In this document: piece after piece, positions 1 to 9,104 of the stretch
Layout: each line of letters starts with the position of its first letter
How positions within the stretch are numbered: position 1 is the first letter of the stretch
DNA from: an uncultured delta proteobacterium
Lineage (GTDB): Bacteria; Myxococcota_A; UBA9160; SMWR01
DNA: 64,000 bases
Direction: 5' to 3'
Assembly (NCBI GenBank): GCA_963832165.1
Contig: CAWHTE010000001.1
Span: 224,001 to 288,000 of the forward strand
Notes under the pieces: generated by a model
Databases searched by the model: none
What the model was told of the DNA's origin: nothing
Seen by the model: the letters and a program-made list of their open reading frames with translations, nothing else
Program-made: the position numbers and the translations under genes

Positions 1-369
1 CGAGAGGCCCACGCCCACGCGACACAGTCGTTGTATCCCGGGGCCCACGGCCACCCGCGCCGACCCCAGGCTCCACCAGCCCGACGGAGGCAACCTGTGC
101 TCGCGGAGCCCGAGCTGGAAGTAGCGGATCAACAGGGCGCTCGAGACGAGCGCGAAGCCACAGACGGACAGGCCTAGCACGCGCAGGCCGGATTCGGCGG
201 CGGCAAGCGCCGCCTCCGGGTCCGAAATGCGGAGCGTCTCCAGCCCCTGGAGGTATGCGTGAGTCCAGAGGTGCGCGGAGGCGCTCAGCACTGCGACGAG
301 CGCGAGAGCGCAGAGCCAGGGGACCCAGAAGCGGGGGTCGCGCCGGGAGCGAAGGGTGTTCCACTCCAT
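1..369 (-). CDS. hypothetical membrane protein, runs off window edge
   Basis: Manual translation from ATG at 369 gives MEWNTLRSRRDPRFWVPWLCALALVAVL..., with two hydrophobic stretches. Confidence 0.5.
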   Translation of the reverse strand, partial: MEWNTLRSRRDPRFWVPWLCALALVAVLSASAHLWTHAYLQGLETLRISDPEAALAAAESGLRVLGLSVCGFALVSSALLIRYFQLGLREHRLPPSGWWSLGSARVAVGPGIQRLCRVGVGLS

Positions 370-402
370 GGTCAGGCCACGTGCCCTCCGCGGCGCCAGG
401 CC

Positions 403-1242
403 TCAGCTCTCGCCGGTATCGGCTGCCATCATCTGGGCGTACCCGGCACGCATCACGCCCGACAGACGGTCGAACAGCGCGTCGGGATCCTTCCGGCGCA
501 GCTCCGCGAGGTCGCGCTCGAAGCCCGTCGCCATCACGAGCTCCCGTTTCCCGGTCTCGATCGCCGATAGGATCGCCTCCGCAGATTCGGCAGGCGAAAC
601 GCCCTTCTCGATCGCCGTATCGCTCACGCCGCGCCTCGAGCCGTCGGCGACGAGCGCGTTCCTCGACACGTTGGTCTTGACCGAGCCCGGGGCGATGACG
701 TGCACCTGAACGCCCAGATGCTCGTTCTCCGCGCGAACCGCATCGTGATAGCCGACCAGCCCGTGCTTGGCTGCACAGTACGCCGACCGCAGCGGCGCTC
801 CGAAGACTCCCGCGACACTCGAGATCGCGACGATCCGACCTCCACCGGTCTGCACCATCTTCGGGAGCACCGCTTGGGTGAGAGCGATCGGGCCTAGCAG
901 ATCGACCGCGATGATCTGCTGATAGACCGCGAACGCGGTTTCGGCGGCGAGTGAGCGCTGCGAGATTCCGGCGTTGTTGACGAGGCCGTCGATCCGTCCC
1001 TTCCAGGACCAGGCACGCTCGACGATCTCGGGAATCGCGTCGAAATCCGTCGCTTCGAAGGGAAGCGCGAGTGCATCGCCGCAATCCTTCGCGACCGCGC
1101 CGAGGGCGGCGGCATTGCGCCCGGACAGGACGAGCCGCGCACCCCGCGCGGCCAGGGCGCGCGCAAGGGCCTCGCCGATTCCCGACGACGCGCCCGTGAT
1201 CCACCAGCATCGGCCTTGGAACATGGGAACCTCTTCCAGCAC
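403..1242 (-). CDS. short-chain dehydrogenase/reductase (SDR)
   Basis: TGASSGIG NAD-binding motif, NNAG and YCAAK catalytic motif. Confidence 0.95.
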   Translation of the reverse strand: MLEEVPMFQGRCWWITGASSGIGEALARALAARGARLVLSGRNAAALGAVAKDCGDALALPFEATDFDAIPEIVERAWSWKGRIDGLVNNAGISQRSLAAETAFAVYQQIIAVDLLGPIALTQAVLPKMVQTGGGRIVAISSVAGVFGAPLRSAYCAAKHGLVGYHDAVRAENEHLGVQVHVIAPGSVKTNVSRNALVADGSRRGVSDTAIEKGVSPAESAEAILSAIETGKRELVMATGFERDLAELRRKDPDALFDRLSGVMRAGYAQMMAADTGES

Positions 1243-1247
1243 TACAT

Positions 1248-1622
1248 CTACTGGAACACGCTGCGGACGGCGGCGGCGTCGAGGTACTCGAAGAGGCGCT
1301 CGATCCGTCCCCCGGAGACATAGATGACGATGCAGACGGGCGCGGCGACGAGCTCACCGGATGCGAGCTTTCCGTGGAGAATGTGACGCTGAACGAATCC
1401 ACCTGCGAAGAAGTCTCGGGCGAGGATTTCGTAGCGACGCTCGGAGACGCGCCCGGTGAAGTATCGCAAGAGCGCCAGATTCTCGTCGCGCGTCTGCGAT
1501 TTGCCCGTGACGTTGTGCCAGATCTCCACGTCGGGCGAATAGAGCTCGCCAACGGCATCCAGGTCGCCCCGCTCGATCGCGGAGAACAGAGCCGTGGCGA
1601 CCGTCTCGATCGGATTGCTCAA
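1248..1622 (-). CDS. SnoaL/NTF2-like protein
   Basis: 124 aa with GDLDAVGELYSPDVEIWHN and IERLFEYLD, typical of the NTF2-like fold. Confidence 0.85.
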   Translation of the reverse strand: MSNPIETVATALFSAIERGDLDAVGELYSPDVEIWHNVTGKSQTRDENLALLRYFTGRVSERRYEILARDFFAGGFVQRHILHGKLASGELVAAPVCIVIYVSGGRIERLFEYLDAAAVRSVFQ

Positions 1623-1682
1623 GGGTCGACCCTCATCGGATCAGGCGGGGTGTGCCGTTGGAGTACAAGCATATGCCATCCC

Positions 1683-2090
1683 TCAGGACTGCGAGGCTTC
1701 TCGCTTGAACGAGAGAGCCAGATAGAGGGCACCGAGCACCGAGCTCCCGAAGATGAGAAGACGGGAGAGGGGAGACGAGAACTCGTAGCTCGGGTCGCCC
1801 GCGGACAACGCATGCATCAACCCGTGGACGACGAGGAAAGCGCTGATCACGAGTCGCGAGAGCCCGCGAATGCGTTCGTCTCTGCTCGCAACGAGCGCGA
1901 TCAAGATGGCGAAGAGAGGAACATGGGCCGCGATGAATACCCACATTCCAGTGTCGTCGGGTAGCGTCCCGAGCAACGGCATTCCGCGCCACTCGTGGTT
2001 CGGAACTGCATCGATCTCGTGCGTGAACAGTGATCCCAGACCGAGATAGAACGCGATGTCACGTATCCGGTGCACGAGCGAAGTGCTCAT
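1683..2090 (-). CDS. membrane protein of unknown function (cassette gene)
   Basis: FTHEIDAVPNHEWR motif and several TM segments; starts just after an attC remnant. Confidence 0.75.
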   Translation of the reverse strand: MSTSLVHRIRDIAFYLGLGSLFTHEIDAVPNHEWRGMPLLGTLPDDTGMWVFIAAHVPLFAILIALVASRDERIRGLSRLVISAFLVVHGLMHALSAGDPSYEFSSPLSRLLIFGSSVLGALYLALSFKREASQS

Positions 2091-2605
2091 TCCCGCCGCC
2101 CGAAGGATCGCGGTTCAGCTGCGGCACCGCCACGGATCAGCAAGATGAGGCACGCCACGTGGCTGATGACGAGGGGTGGACCCGCGAACACCGGGACATA
2201 CCACTGCGCCGCCATGTGTGTGATGGCTCCCGTGGCAGCGGCGTGAGGGAACGCAATCAGGAGGTCGAGAGAACCCACGACGGTGCAAGCCCATGCCAGA
2301 CCGCGAGCTGAGGTCCACCCGCGGCGCAACCCCGTGAAAGCCAACGCTGCCAGAAGTGCGGTGAGGGAATCGCCGATTGCAGTGGAGACGGCGAACTCCA
2401 TGGGCATGCCCGGCGACAGATTGGGCACCAGGAGACCCACCCCGAGGACACGGAACATCTCTGGCGCTACCCAAACGCTCAGTCTCGACTCGGGCGAAAG
2501 TCGCGCGGACCACGGCCAGAGCACGAAGTACGTGATGAGACACCAGGCGGTGAGGAACCACAGGAACTGCAAGACGAAGATGACGAGCGGTTCCACTTGG
2601 ACCAT
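2087..2605 (-). CDS. multi-pass membrane protein (cassette gene)
   Basis: ATG at 2605 (MVQVEPLVIF); hydrophobic helices; C-terminus reads through an attC remnant. Confidence 0.7.
   Translation of the reverse strand: MVQVEPLVIFVLQFLWFLTAWCLITYFVLWPWSARLSPESRLSVWVAPEMFRVLGVGLLVPNLSPGMPMEFAVSTAIGDSLTALLAALAFTGLRRGWTSARGLAWACTVVGSLDLLIAFPHAAATGAITHMAAQWYVPVFAGPPLVISHVACLILLIRGGAAAEPRSFGRRE
2098..2125 (-). repeat. attC remnant (L'-spacer-degenerate R' arm only)
   Basis: Minus strand gcagctgaac-cgcgatcc-ttcgggc; near-identical to the arm at 11515-11533. Confidence 0.7.
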
Positions 2606-2607
2606 GA

Positions 2608-3027
2608 CTAGGATTTCGCCTTCTTCGAAGGCTTCGACTTGCGAGAGCTGTTGAGCGCGACCGCCTGGCGAACGAGCGCCTTGAAGGCGGACGCGTCGAC
2701 TGAGTCTCCTTCGTGGATGTCGATCGCGCGGCGTACTTTCCCGTCGAGACTCGCGTTGAAGAGACGGGCCGGATCCTTCAGGGACGCGCCCTTGGCGAAG
2801 GTGAGCTTCACGACATTCTTGTAGGACTCGCCAGTGCAGAGGATGCCGTCGTGCGACCAGACCGGAGTGCCCATCCACTTCCACTCCTCGACGACGTCCG
2901 GGTCTGCCTCCTGGATGAGCTTGCGCATCCGGCTGAGGGTCTCCCCGCGCCAGTCCCCGAGCTCGGCGATTCTCTTCGAGATGAGCCCCGATGCCGACTG
3001 GCCTCGGCTCGCGCCCGACTTCTTCAT
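2608..3027 (-). CDS. DUF1801/YdhG-like protein
   Basis: [16 protein letters not shown]...[11 protein letters not shown]...[15 protein letters not shown] family pattern. Confidence 0.9.
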   Translation of the reverse strand: MKKSGASRGQSASGLISKRIAELGDWRGETLSRMRKLIQEADPDVVEEWKWMGTPVWSHDGILCTGESYKNVVKLTFAKGASLKDPARLFNASLDGKVRRAIDIHEGDSVDASAFKALVRQAVALNSSRKSKPSKKAKS

Positions 3028-3068
3028 GCTTTCATCCCTCTACCAGTTTCGGGAAGGCGCAGGACGAT

Positions 3069-3087
3069 CTGCAGCGCACCGTTAGGC
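3069..3087 (-). repeat. attC remnant (R''-spacer-L'' arm only)
   Basis: Minus strand GCCTAAC-ggtgc-gctgcag, 11 bp after a stop codon; no partner arm. Confidence 0.7.
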
Positions 3088-3098
3088 GGAAGGTCGCC

Positions 3099-3381
3099 TC
3101 AGCCGAGACCAAGGCGCTCGTGCCACTCAGCGATCGACTCCTCGGGAAAGTGCGGATACAGCTTGTCCTGAGGATCAGACCGGACTTGCACCCAGGAGGC
3201 CTTCGAGTCGAGCAGGAGATGCGTCCGCTCCGGGGGGACAGGAAGCGGGGTATCGATGGCGGATGCGAGCGGGTGCACCAACTCGGGCCAGCGAGGATCC
3301 CACATCCAGAGGTGGCTTCCACAGAGCGCGCAGAAGTGGCGCCTCCCGGGACTCTGGTGGGGAGCAGACTCACCCGGATAC
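3099..3381 (-). pseudogene. GFA/CENP-V family protein, 5'-truncated
   Basis: SPGRRHFCALCGSHLWMWDPRWPELVHP...SAID motif; N-terminal half replaced by IS3 sequence. Confidence 0.8.
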
Positions 3382-4317
3382 TTCCTGAAAAAAGCGCTGG
3401 CCTACTTCGCGGACGACCAGAAGTGAAGTTCCGGTTCGTCCAGGAGCACCGGGAGACCTTCCGGGTAGGCATGATGTGCAAGGTCCTGAAGGTCTCCCGC
3501 AGTGGATACTACGCCTGGCGCGAGCGTCAGCCAAGTCGACGCGAGCGCGAAGATCGTGTGCTCGCCGGACGGATCCATGCGATCCATCGCGAGAGCCGGG
3601 AGACCTACGGCTCGCCTCGGATCCATGCCCGATTGCGTCGGGAAGGAGAGACGGTGGGTCGCCATCGCGTGGCCCGTCTGATGCGCTGGGAGGGGCTGCA
3701 GGGCTGTGCGAAGCAGCGCTTCCGGCGAACGGCCACCGTGCGCGCGGAGCTTCCGGCTGCACCGAATCTCTTGAACGGTAATTTCTCTGCGAAAGTGGCC
3801 AATCGGGTCTGGGTCGCCGACATCACTCAAGTGCGAACCCGCGAGGGTTGGCTCTATCTCGCGATCGTGCTCGACCTCTTCTCCCGCAAGGTCGTCGGTC
3901 ACGCCAGTGCCTCGACCCCGCGCCAGGAGCTCGCTCTCGAAGCTCTCGATCGAGCCCTTCGCATCCGCCGACCCCAACTCGGAACTGATCCATCACAGCG
4001 ATCGCGGTGGGCAGTACCTGAGTGCCGAATATCAGGACCGTCTGGATCGCCACGGCATCGTCTGCAGCATGAGCCGTCCAGGTCGATGCGCGGACAACGC
4101 CGCGGCCGAGAGCTTCTTCCACACGCTGAAGACGGAGTGGCTCTACCACTTCGACTTCTTCACTCGCGAAGAGGCTCGGCTGGCGATCTTCGACTACGTC
4201 GAAGCCTTCTACAACCGGAACCGCTTGCACTCCAGTCTCGACTACCACTCACCCGAGGAGTATGAAACACTGCACAATGCTGCTTGAAACCCCGTCCACT
4301 TTATCGGGGCAAGATCC
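3382..4317 (+). mobile_element. IS3-family element, 5'-truncated, orfB frameshifted
   Basis: orfA tail FLKKALAYFADDQK*; A6G slippery site at 3388-3394; orfB DDE motifs [23 protein letters not shown]; right IR-like end ...gtccactttatcggggcaagatc. Confidence 0.9.
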
Positions 4318-4341
4318 GTCCGCTAGAGCGGTTGGTTCGGC
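4318..4341 (-). repeat. possible attC left arm interrupted by IS3
   Basis: Minus strand GCCGAAC-caacc-gctctagc-ggac directly abutting the IS3 end; it overlaps the gene 3' end and could be coincidental. Confidence 0.45.
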
Positions 4342-5104
4342 ACGCCTTCGAACAACTGCTCAGTCGGCCCAACGGTCTGCAGATGCAACAGTTTGGTGGC
4401 CAGATGTGGCGCGAAAACCGAAAGATAGACGACATGGCCGATCACGATGGCGCCGCAATCGAGAGAAGGGAAGAGCGGAGAGGGCGCTTCGACTTCGAAT
4501 CCGCCCACGCCTCGATGAGTGTGCGCCCCTGTGAATCCGTTCGTCCGAGGAGGTAGGTGAAGACCATCATCTGCACGCCCATCGCAAGAGAGTCGTAGAG
4601 CGGATACTGGTGCTTCGTGCCCGGCCAGAGAGCGAGTCCCTCGATCACGCGGCCATAGTAGAACACGCCCAGCTGAGCCCCGAGGAGCGCATTGAACGTG
4701 AAAGCCCAGAGGCAGCCGACCACGAGGCCGACGATCAGCAGCGTGATCGCCGCACGCCACTGGTTTCTCGAGCTCAACCAGCGCCCTAGCGAGGCGCCTA
4801 TCACGGCAGGAAGCACGAAGTAGGCGATGTAGCCGGGGGGGACCGCTGCCGGCAGGCCACCCCATGTCATGTTCAACGGCCACCAGGAAGGCATGCGCGG
4901 AATAGCGGGCGGGAACTGCGCATACACCGCCCAATCGTAGGGGGCTTCGATCCAGGAGAACGAGATGGCGGATATGCACAAGAGCAGGAGCGGGTGCGGG
5001 CGGCCTCGGCGGTAACTCAGAAACACGCCAATGACCACGAAAGAAAACCCGCCGATGTAGGCGAAGCCGATGGCCGCCTTCAGGAGCGGTGTCAGTTCAG
5101 ACAT
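4323..5104 (-). CDS. spirocyclase AveC-family membrane protein, frameshift near 4450
   Basis: WIEAPYDWAVYAQF and HQYPLYD motifs; C-terminal TM segment continues in the frame of ORF 4323..4979. Confidence 0.7.
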
Positions 5105-5205
5105 CAGTCGGCCCCGCCATTCTTCGAAGGACCGCGTGCCTCCGGATCATGTCGAAGCACCAATGCGAAGATGAGCACGATCAGTCCGAAGAGCGTACCC
5201 AGCAT
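5104..5205 (-). CDS. small membrane peptide
   Basis: MLGTLFGLIVLIFALVLRHD...; stop overlaps the start of the next gene. Confidence 0.4.
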   Translation of the reverse strand: MLGTLFGLIVLIFALVLRHDPEARGPSKNGGAD

Positions 5206-5252
5206 GATCAATGCGCCCAGCGTCGTATCCTCTAAAAGCTCTTGGCGGCATC

Positions 5253-5471
5253 CTATTTCGAGATGTGGAGTACGAAGGGCCGGAACAGGTGCCTGACGGC
5301 AGCGACGAACGCGAATAGCGCCGGGATCCCCGCGACTAGGCCAAAGGTGTTCCGACCCGCGTCGAACAGAGCGAGTGAACATGCGCCGAGAACGAGCGCA
5401 AACCCCAGAAGAAGCAACGATGAGCGCGGAAGCTTCGAGGGCGGAGGCGGCACGATCGCAGATCGACTCAT
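5253..5471 (-). CDS. small two-TM protein (cassette gene)
   Basis: ATG 19 bp after the attC R' box; two hydrophobic helices. Confidence 0.55.
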   Translation of the reverse strand: MSRSAIVPPPPSKLPRSSLLLLGFALVLGACSLALFDAGRNTFGLVAGIPALFAFVAAVRHLFRPFVLHISK

Positions 5472-5489
5472 GAAGATCGTGTCCTCGCC

Positions 5490-5622
5490 GTTCAACGGAT
5501 CGGGTTCAATTGCGAGTCACAGTGCCTCAGCGGACGGACCGATGCACCGAAGCTCGACGCCGGACGGTATCACGGATCGATTGGAACTCGCGTGGCTCGG
5601 CAGCTGCGGCGCCTTGTTCTGC
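5490..5622 (-). repeat. complete attC site (133 bp)
   Basis: Minus strand GCAGAAC-aaggc-gccgcagc-tgccgagccac...gtgactcgcaattgaac-ccgatcc-GTTGAAC; imperfect palindrome with a GTTRRRY core. Confidence 0.8.
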
Positions 5623-5663
5623 GCGTGCGTTACTGTGCCGATCCAGATGGTCAGGAGCCGGAG

Positions 5664-6125
5664 ATGATCGCGATCTTCGTGGACGGCGATGGCTGTCCGG
5701 TGAAGGACGAAACGTACGTGGTGGCTACGCGCTATGGGGTGCGTGTGGCGCTCGTGGCCAACTCTCGCCTCGGCGTGCCTCAGGGCTTGGGTGTCGAGTT
5801 GATCCTGGTCGATCAGGGACCCGATGCCGCAGATGACTGGATCGTGGAGAACGTGCGGCCCGGGGACGTCGTCGTGACGGCCGATATTCCGCTCGCGGCG
5901 CGCTGTCTGGAAGCGGGGGGTCGCGTGCTGGGTACCAATGGGCGGATCTTCAGCGAGGATTCGATCGGAACTCAGCTTGCCACTCGGGATCTGAAGGCTC
6001 AGCTACGAGAGGCGGGGATCATGTCCGGCGGCCCACCTCCCATGTCTGCAAAGGACCGCTCTCGATTTCTCTCGAGCCTCGACCAGCTCGTGCAGACTGG
6101 CCTCCGCGAAGATCGAGCCAGGTAG
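5664..6125 (+). CDS. YaiI/YqxD family protein (DUF188), inverted cassette
   Basis: IFVDGDGCPVK, DAADDWI and DVVVTADIPLA motifs. Confidence 0.92.
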   Translation: MIAIFVDGDGCPVKDETYVVATRYGVRVALVANSRLGVPQGLGVELILVDQGPDAADDWIVENVRPGDVVVTADIPLAARCLEAGGRVLGTNGRIFSEDSIGTQLATRDLKAQLREAGIMSGGPPPMSAKDRSRFLSSLDQLVQTGLREDRAR

Positions 6126-6136
6126 CCCGTTCTCAC

Positions 6137-6152
6137 GCCGCCTAACGGAGCT
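6137..6152 (-). repeat. attC remnant (R' box only)
   Basis: Minus strand ctccGTTAGGCggc directly after the stop of the DUF4440 gene. Confidence 0.65.
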
Positions 6153-6593
6153 TCACTGGGAGGAGTTCCAGATGTCGCGATGCAATAGCCACTTACCGCC
6201 GGTCCGCTTCCAGATCACGAGGTACCGGGCGTTGCTGGCGGTGCCGTCCTTGGCGATCAAGCCGACGTTCCCGGTTTCGTAGGCGAGATCGCCGACAGAT
6301 TCGACCTCCGCGGTCTCGAGAGTGACGTCCTTGACTCCGGAGTCGATCGATTTCTGCCAGAAGGCTGCAATGGCGGGGCGCGCTTTCGCCACGGGCGCTC
6401 CCGGAGCAATCACTTGCGCATCTGGCGTATAGAGACCGGCAACGGCCTTCGCGTCGCCGCGCAGGAAGGCGGTGATGAATGCGCGATTACCCGCCTCCAC
6501 CGCATCGCGAACCTCGTCGGATCGCGCCGGCGCAGCAGCAACGATGCATGCCAGGGCGAGGAGCGCGGTTGAAGTTCGGTGGGTGCTCATCAT
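6153..6593 (-). CDS. secreted DUF4440/NTF2-like protein
   Basis: Signal peptide; AFLRGDAKAVAGLYTPDA and YLVIWKR...WLLHRDIWN. Confidence 0.88.
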   Translation of the reverse strand: MMSTHRTSTALLALACIVAAAPARSDEVRDAVEAGNRAFITAFLRGDAKAVAGLYTPDAQVIAPGAPVAKARPAIAAFWQKSIDSGVKDVTLETAEVESVGDLAYETGNVGLIAKDGTASNARYLVIWKRTGGKWLLHRDIWNSSQ

Positions 6594-6660
6594 GAGGTCC
6601 TCCAATCTGTTAGGAATGCCAGGGTTCTCGAGACGGTCAGCTGTCGTGCTCTTGAATGTG

Positions 6661-6680
6661 GCCTAACTCATTCTAGGCAG
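6661..6680 (-). repeat. 20-bp compact recombination-site-like repeat, copy 1
   Basis: gcctaactcattctaggcag; 19/20 identical to 7060-7079. Confidence 0.8.
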
Positions 6681-6689
6681 CGGGTAGCA

Positions 6690-7043
6690 TCACCGGGTAC
6701 CCACCGGTCGAAGGGCTCGAGCCGGAATGCGGAGCCGGTACTGCTCGCTGGAGGACGCGTTCCAACGGACGGTATCCCTGGTCTGGTGGATCTCGTGCAT
6801 GCCGGACGGATCGAAGACGCGGAGATAGAGATCCGGCGCTGATTCTCGAACGTCACGGAAGTCATCGCGGGTGAACCGGATCTCGAACCGGCCGTCGTCG
6901 TCAGTTGTAGTGAATCCGATTCCGTCGTCGAAGATCAGGTCGCGATCGAATGCCCGGACGATGAAACCGGAGAGCGGACGCCCCGTCTCCTCCTCTTCGA
7001 TCACACCGAAGACGCGGAAGGAGTCTTGATCGGGGGTTGCCAC
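6690..7043 (-). CDS. transthyretin-like beta-sandwich hypothetical protein
   Basis: GRPLSGFIVRAFDRDLIFDD...TDDDGRFEI...PDLYLRV pattern. Confidence 0.7.
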   Translation of the reverse strand: MATPDQDSFRVFGVIEEEETGRPLSGFIVRAFDRDLIFDDGIGFTTTDDDGRFEIRFTRDDFRDVRESAPDLYLRVFDPSGMHEIHQTRDTVRWNASSSEQYRLRIPARALRPVGTR

Positions 7044-7059
7044 TAGCGTATCTCCGGCT

Positions 7060-7079
7060 GCCTAACTCATTCTGGGCAG
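7060..7079 (-). repeat. 20-bp compact recombination-site-like repeat, copy 2
   Basis: gcctaactcattctgggcag. Confidence 0.8.
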
Positions 7080-7095
7080 AGTACGCGCTAACGCA

Positions 7096-7428
7096 TCAGC
7101 GCACTTCGGACCGATGACCCCACACGCCACCATGCTTGGTGACCTTGAGATCACCCAGCACTTTGCATTGGCACGCCAGGCGAAGTCCTGATCCGTGATG
7201 ATGAGGAAAGACCCCGAGCCGTCGCTGCTCAGCTGCAGTCGCCTCGGAGATCTCGCCCTCGACCTCGACCGCGCAGCTCCCACACATCCCGCGTCCGCGA
7301 CAATTGAGAGCCTGGGCGACGCTGTTGTAAAGGGGAAGGCGCGCCCGTAGCAGAACCACTCGGAGGTTCGCTCCCGGAGGGCACTCGATCGACTGGCCGG
7401 AGAAATGAACGATCGGCATGGCTGTCAT
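7096..7428 (-). CDS. 2Fe-2S ferredoxin
   Basis: NCRGRGMCGSC...RLACQ cysteine motif. Confidence 0.92.
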   Translation of the reverse strand: MTAMPIVHFSGQSIECPPGANLRVVLLRARLPLYNSVAQALNCRGRGMCGSCAVEVEGEISEATAAEQRRLGVFPHHHGSGLRLACQCKVLGDLKVTKHGGVWGHRSEVR

Positions 7429-7444
7429 GACCCCGGTTCACGCT

Positions 7445-7532
7445 GAGTAACGGCCATGGCCAGCTGCGCGCGCCCGTGTACGACTATGCCACGACCGGTG
7501 GGCAGCGGGCGAATCGACAGCACGGCCCAGCT
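7445..7532 (-). repeat. attC remnant lacking R''
   Basis: Minus strand agctgggccgtg...cacgggcgcgcgcagctggcc-atggcc-GTTACTC; palindromic core with degenerate R'. Confidence 0.55.
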
Positions 7533-7537
7533 CATCT

Positions 7538-7765
7538 CTAGGCGCCCTGCGCGGACCCGCGGCCGACGCGACGCCAGACGGCACGCGCAATCACGACCGG
7601 CACGACAAGAACGATCGCCAACGCCGACAGAACCACGAGTGGCTGAAGAAACGAGGGGAGCAGAGAACTGTGTGGGCCCGCGAGAAATATGACGGCGAAG
7701 AAGCAGAGCGGAGCCAGCAGGGCCAGCGAGCCGAGCCAAACAAGGAGGGTTAGAAGCCAGCGCAC
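7538..7765 (-). CDS. small two-TM protein
   Basis: 75 aa, strongly hydrophobic, AGPHSSLLP loop. Confidence 0.6.
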   Translation of the reverse strand: MRWLLTLLVWLGSLALLAPLCFFAVIFLAGPHSSLLPSFLQPLVVLSALAIVLVVPVVIARAVWRRVGRGSAQGA

Positions 7766-7809
7766 TAGGCGGAAGGCCTAGCAGGGCCAGCTGCTAGATT
7801 CAACGAGCG

Positions 7810-8217
7810 ATGATCTCCGTAGACGAATTCGTCGAGCGCCTTTGCCGACTGGGTGCCGACCGGGGTCCTCGCGGTTTTCCGCGCAGGCGCCGCGATCGCG
7901 AGATCCTCCTCAAGAGTGTCGTGATGCTGATGGACAGCAGTCGGACATACGCCGAGCGCGAGGTGAACGCCCTCCTGCAGGACTGGAACCGCGACGTAGC
8001 CCCCGCAATCAAGACCGACCACGTGACTTTGCGACGACTCCTGGTCGACTACGGATACCTGGAGCGGACAAGGGACGGTCATGCGTATCGGGTTGGGTTC
8101 CCACCGCAACCTGTCGCGTTCGCTCTCGAGGTCGACGAGATCGACGTGCGAGCGACGATTGCGGCCTACGGAGAGTACCTGCGCAAGACGAGGCGTCGCG
8201 TGGGTCCCACCGCCTAA
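7810..8217 (+). CDS. DUF2087 family protein, inverted cassette
   Basis: YAEREVNALL...DHVTLRRLLVDYGYLERTRDGHAY. Confidence 0.88.
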   Translation: MISVDEFVERLCRLGADRGPRGFPRRRRDREILLKSVVMLMDSSRTYAEREVNALLQDWNRDVAPAIKTDHVTLRRLLVDYGYLERTRDGHAYRVGFPPQPVAFALEVDEIDVRATIAAYGEYLRKTRRRVGPTA

Positions 8218-8236
8218 CGGGTCGCGGCTCAGCTGC
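8212..8236 (-). repeat. attC remnant (L'-R' arm only)
   Basis: Minus strand cgcagctgagc-cgcgaccc-GTTAGGC; supplies the stop codons of both flanking genes. Confidence 0.75.
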
Positions 8237-8648
8237 GACCGGGCGGGCGTGTAACACTCGTAGCGAGCGCCAGGTTATTCCCGTCCGGATCCTTGAAGAA
8301 TGCCATCCACTCCTCGGTCCCGGGCTCGCCAAAGGTGCCGGCGTCGTCACGATGGATCAGGTGCGGTGGTGAATCGAAGACGATCTCGCGCGCCCTGAGG
8401 GATTTGTATGCAACATGGATGTCCGGGACCCAGAAGTAGAGGACGGAACCTCCGGGATCGGCAGCTTCGTGTCGCTCGAGAAGGAGACGCGTGTCGCCGA
8501 GCTGGAAGAAAGCAATCCCGGGAGGATCGAACTCGGCGATCAGGTGAAGGCCAAGGTGATCTCGGTAGAAGCGGATCGATCGCTCGAGATCGGTCGACGG
8601 CAGGGCGACCTGGTGGAGCGGTCCACCTATCGGTGCGTGACTTCCCAT
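8229..8648 (-). CDS. VOC/glyoxalase family protein
   Basis: LHQVAL...DLERSIRFYRDHLGL...FFKDPDGNNLAL. Confidence 0.93.
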   Translation of the reverse strand: MGSHAPIGGPLHQVALPSTDLERSIRFYRDHLGLHLIAEFDPPGIAFFQLGDTRLLLERHEAADPGGSVLYFWVPDIHVAYKSLRAREIVFDSPPHLIHRDDAGTFGEPGTEEWMAFFKDPDGNNLALATSVTRPPGRS

Positions 8649-8659
8649 GTCTCTCCTCC

Positions 8660-8708
8660 GCCGAACGGACCAATGCTCAGCCGTGCGGCGCAGCGCCGTC
8701 AGCTTCGG
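8660..8708 (-). repeat. attC remnant lacking R''
   Basis: Minus strand gaagctgacggcgctgcgccgcacggctgagc-attggtcc-GTTCGGC. Confidence 0.7.
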
Positions 8709-8717
8709 TCTCTCTCC

Positions 8718-9104
8718 CTAGAGATTCTCGAGAAGAAGGCTGCCGGCCGACACCAACAGCACCGCGAACGTGCCGAGCGTCCCCGCTGAGCGCGCTGGAG
8801 AGGTCGTGGTGAGCGAGACGCCGACTGCATGCGCAACGCGCGCGGCCAGCAAGCCAGCTCCGAGGGCCCATACGAGGCCTCCTGAGCCGCCGCCCAGCTC
8901 GACAAGCGCAATCAAGAGGAGAGCAAGAGGGACGTACTCGATGAAGTTGCCCTGAGCGCGCATACGGCGCGTCAGCTCTTCGTTCCCGCCATCGAGGAAC
9001 CAGATCTTCTCCTTGGACCGAAGAAGCCCGACGCGCAAACTCAGAAACACGAGCATGACTCCGAAAATGGCAGCAATGACTGAGGTGATGGGAACCGGTG
9101 ACAC
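8718..9104 (-). CDS. MAPEG family membrane protein
   Basis: RAQGNFIEYVP and ARVAHA motifs; four TM segments; aaggag RBS. Confidence 0.92.
   Translation of the reverse strand: MSPVPITSVIAAIFGVMLVFLSLRVGLLRSKEKIWFLDGGNEELTRRMRAQGNFIEYVPLALLLIALVELGGGSGGLVWALGAGLLAARVAHAVGVSLTTTSPARSAGTLGTFAVLLVSAGSLLLENL

Noticed and set aside
1623..1682. attC remnant (ctccaac on the minus strand) between cassette genes
   Set aside because: Only a weak core-like match with no L box or palindrome.
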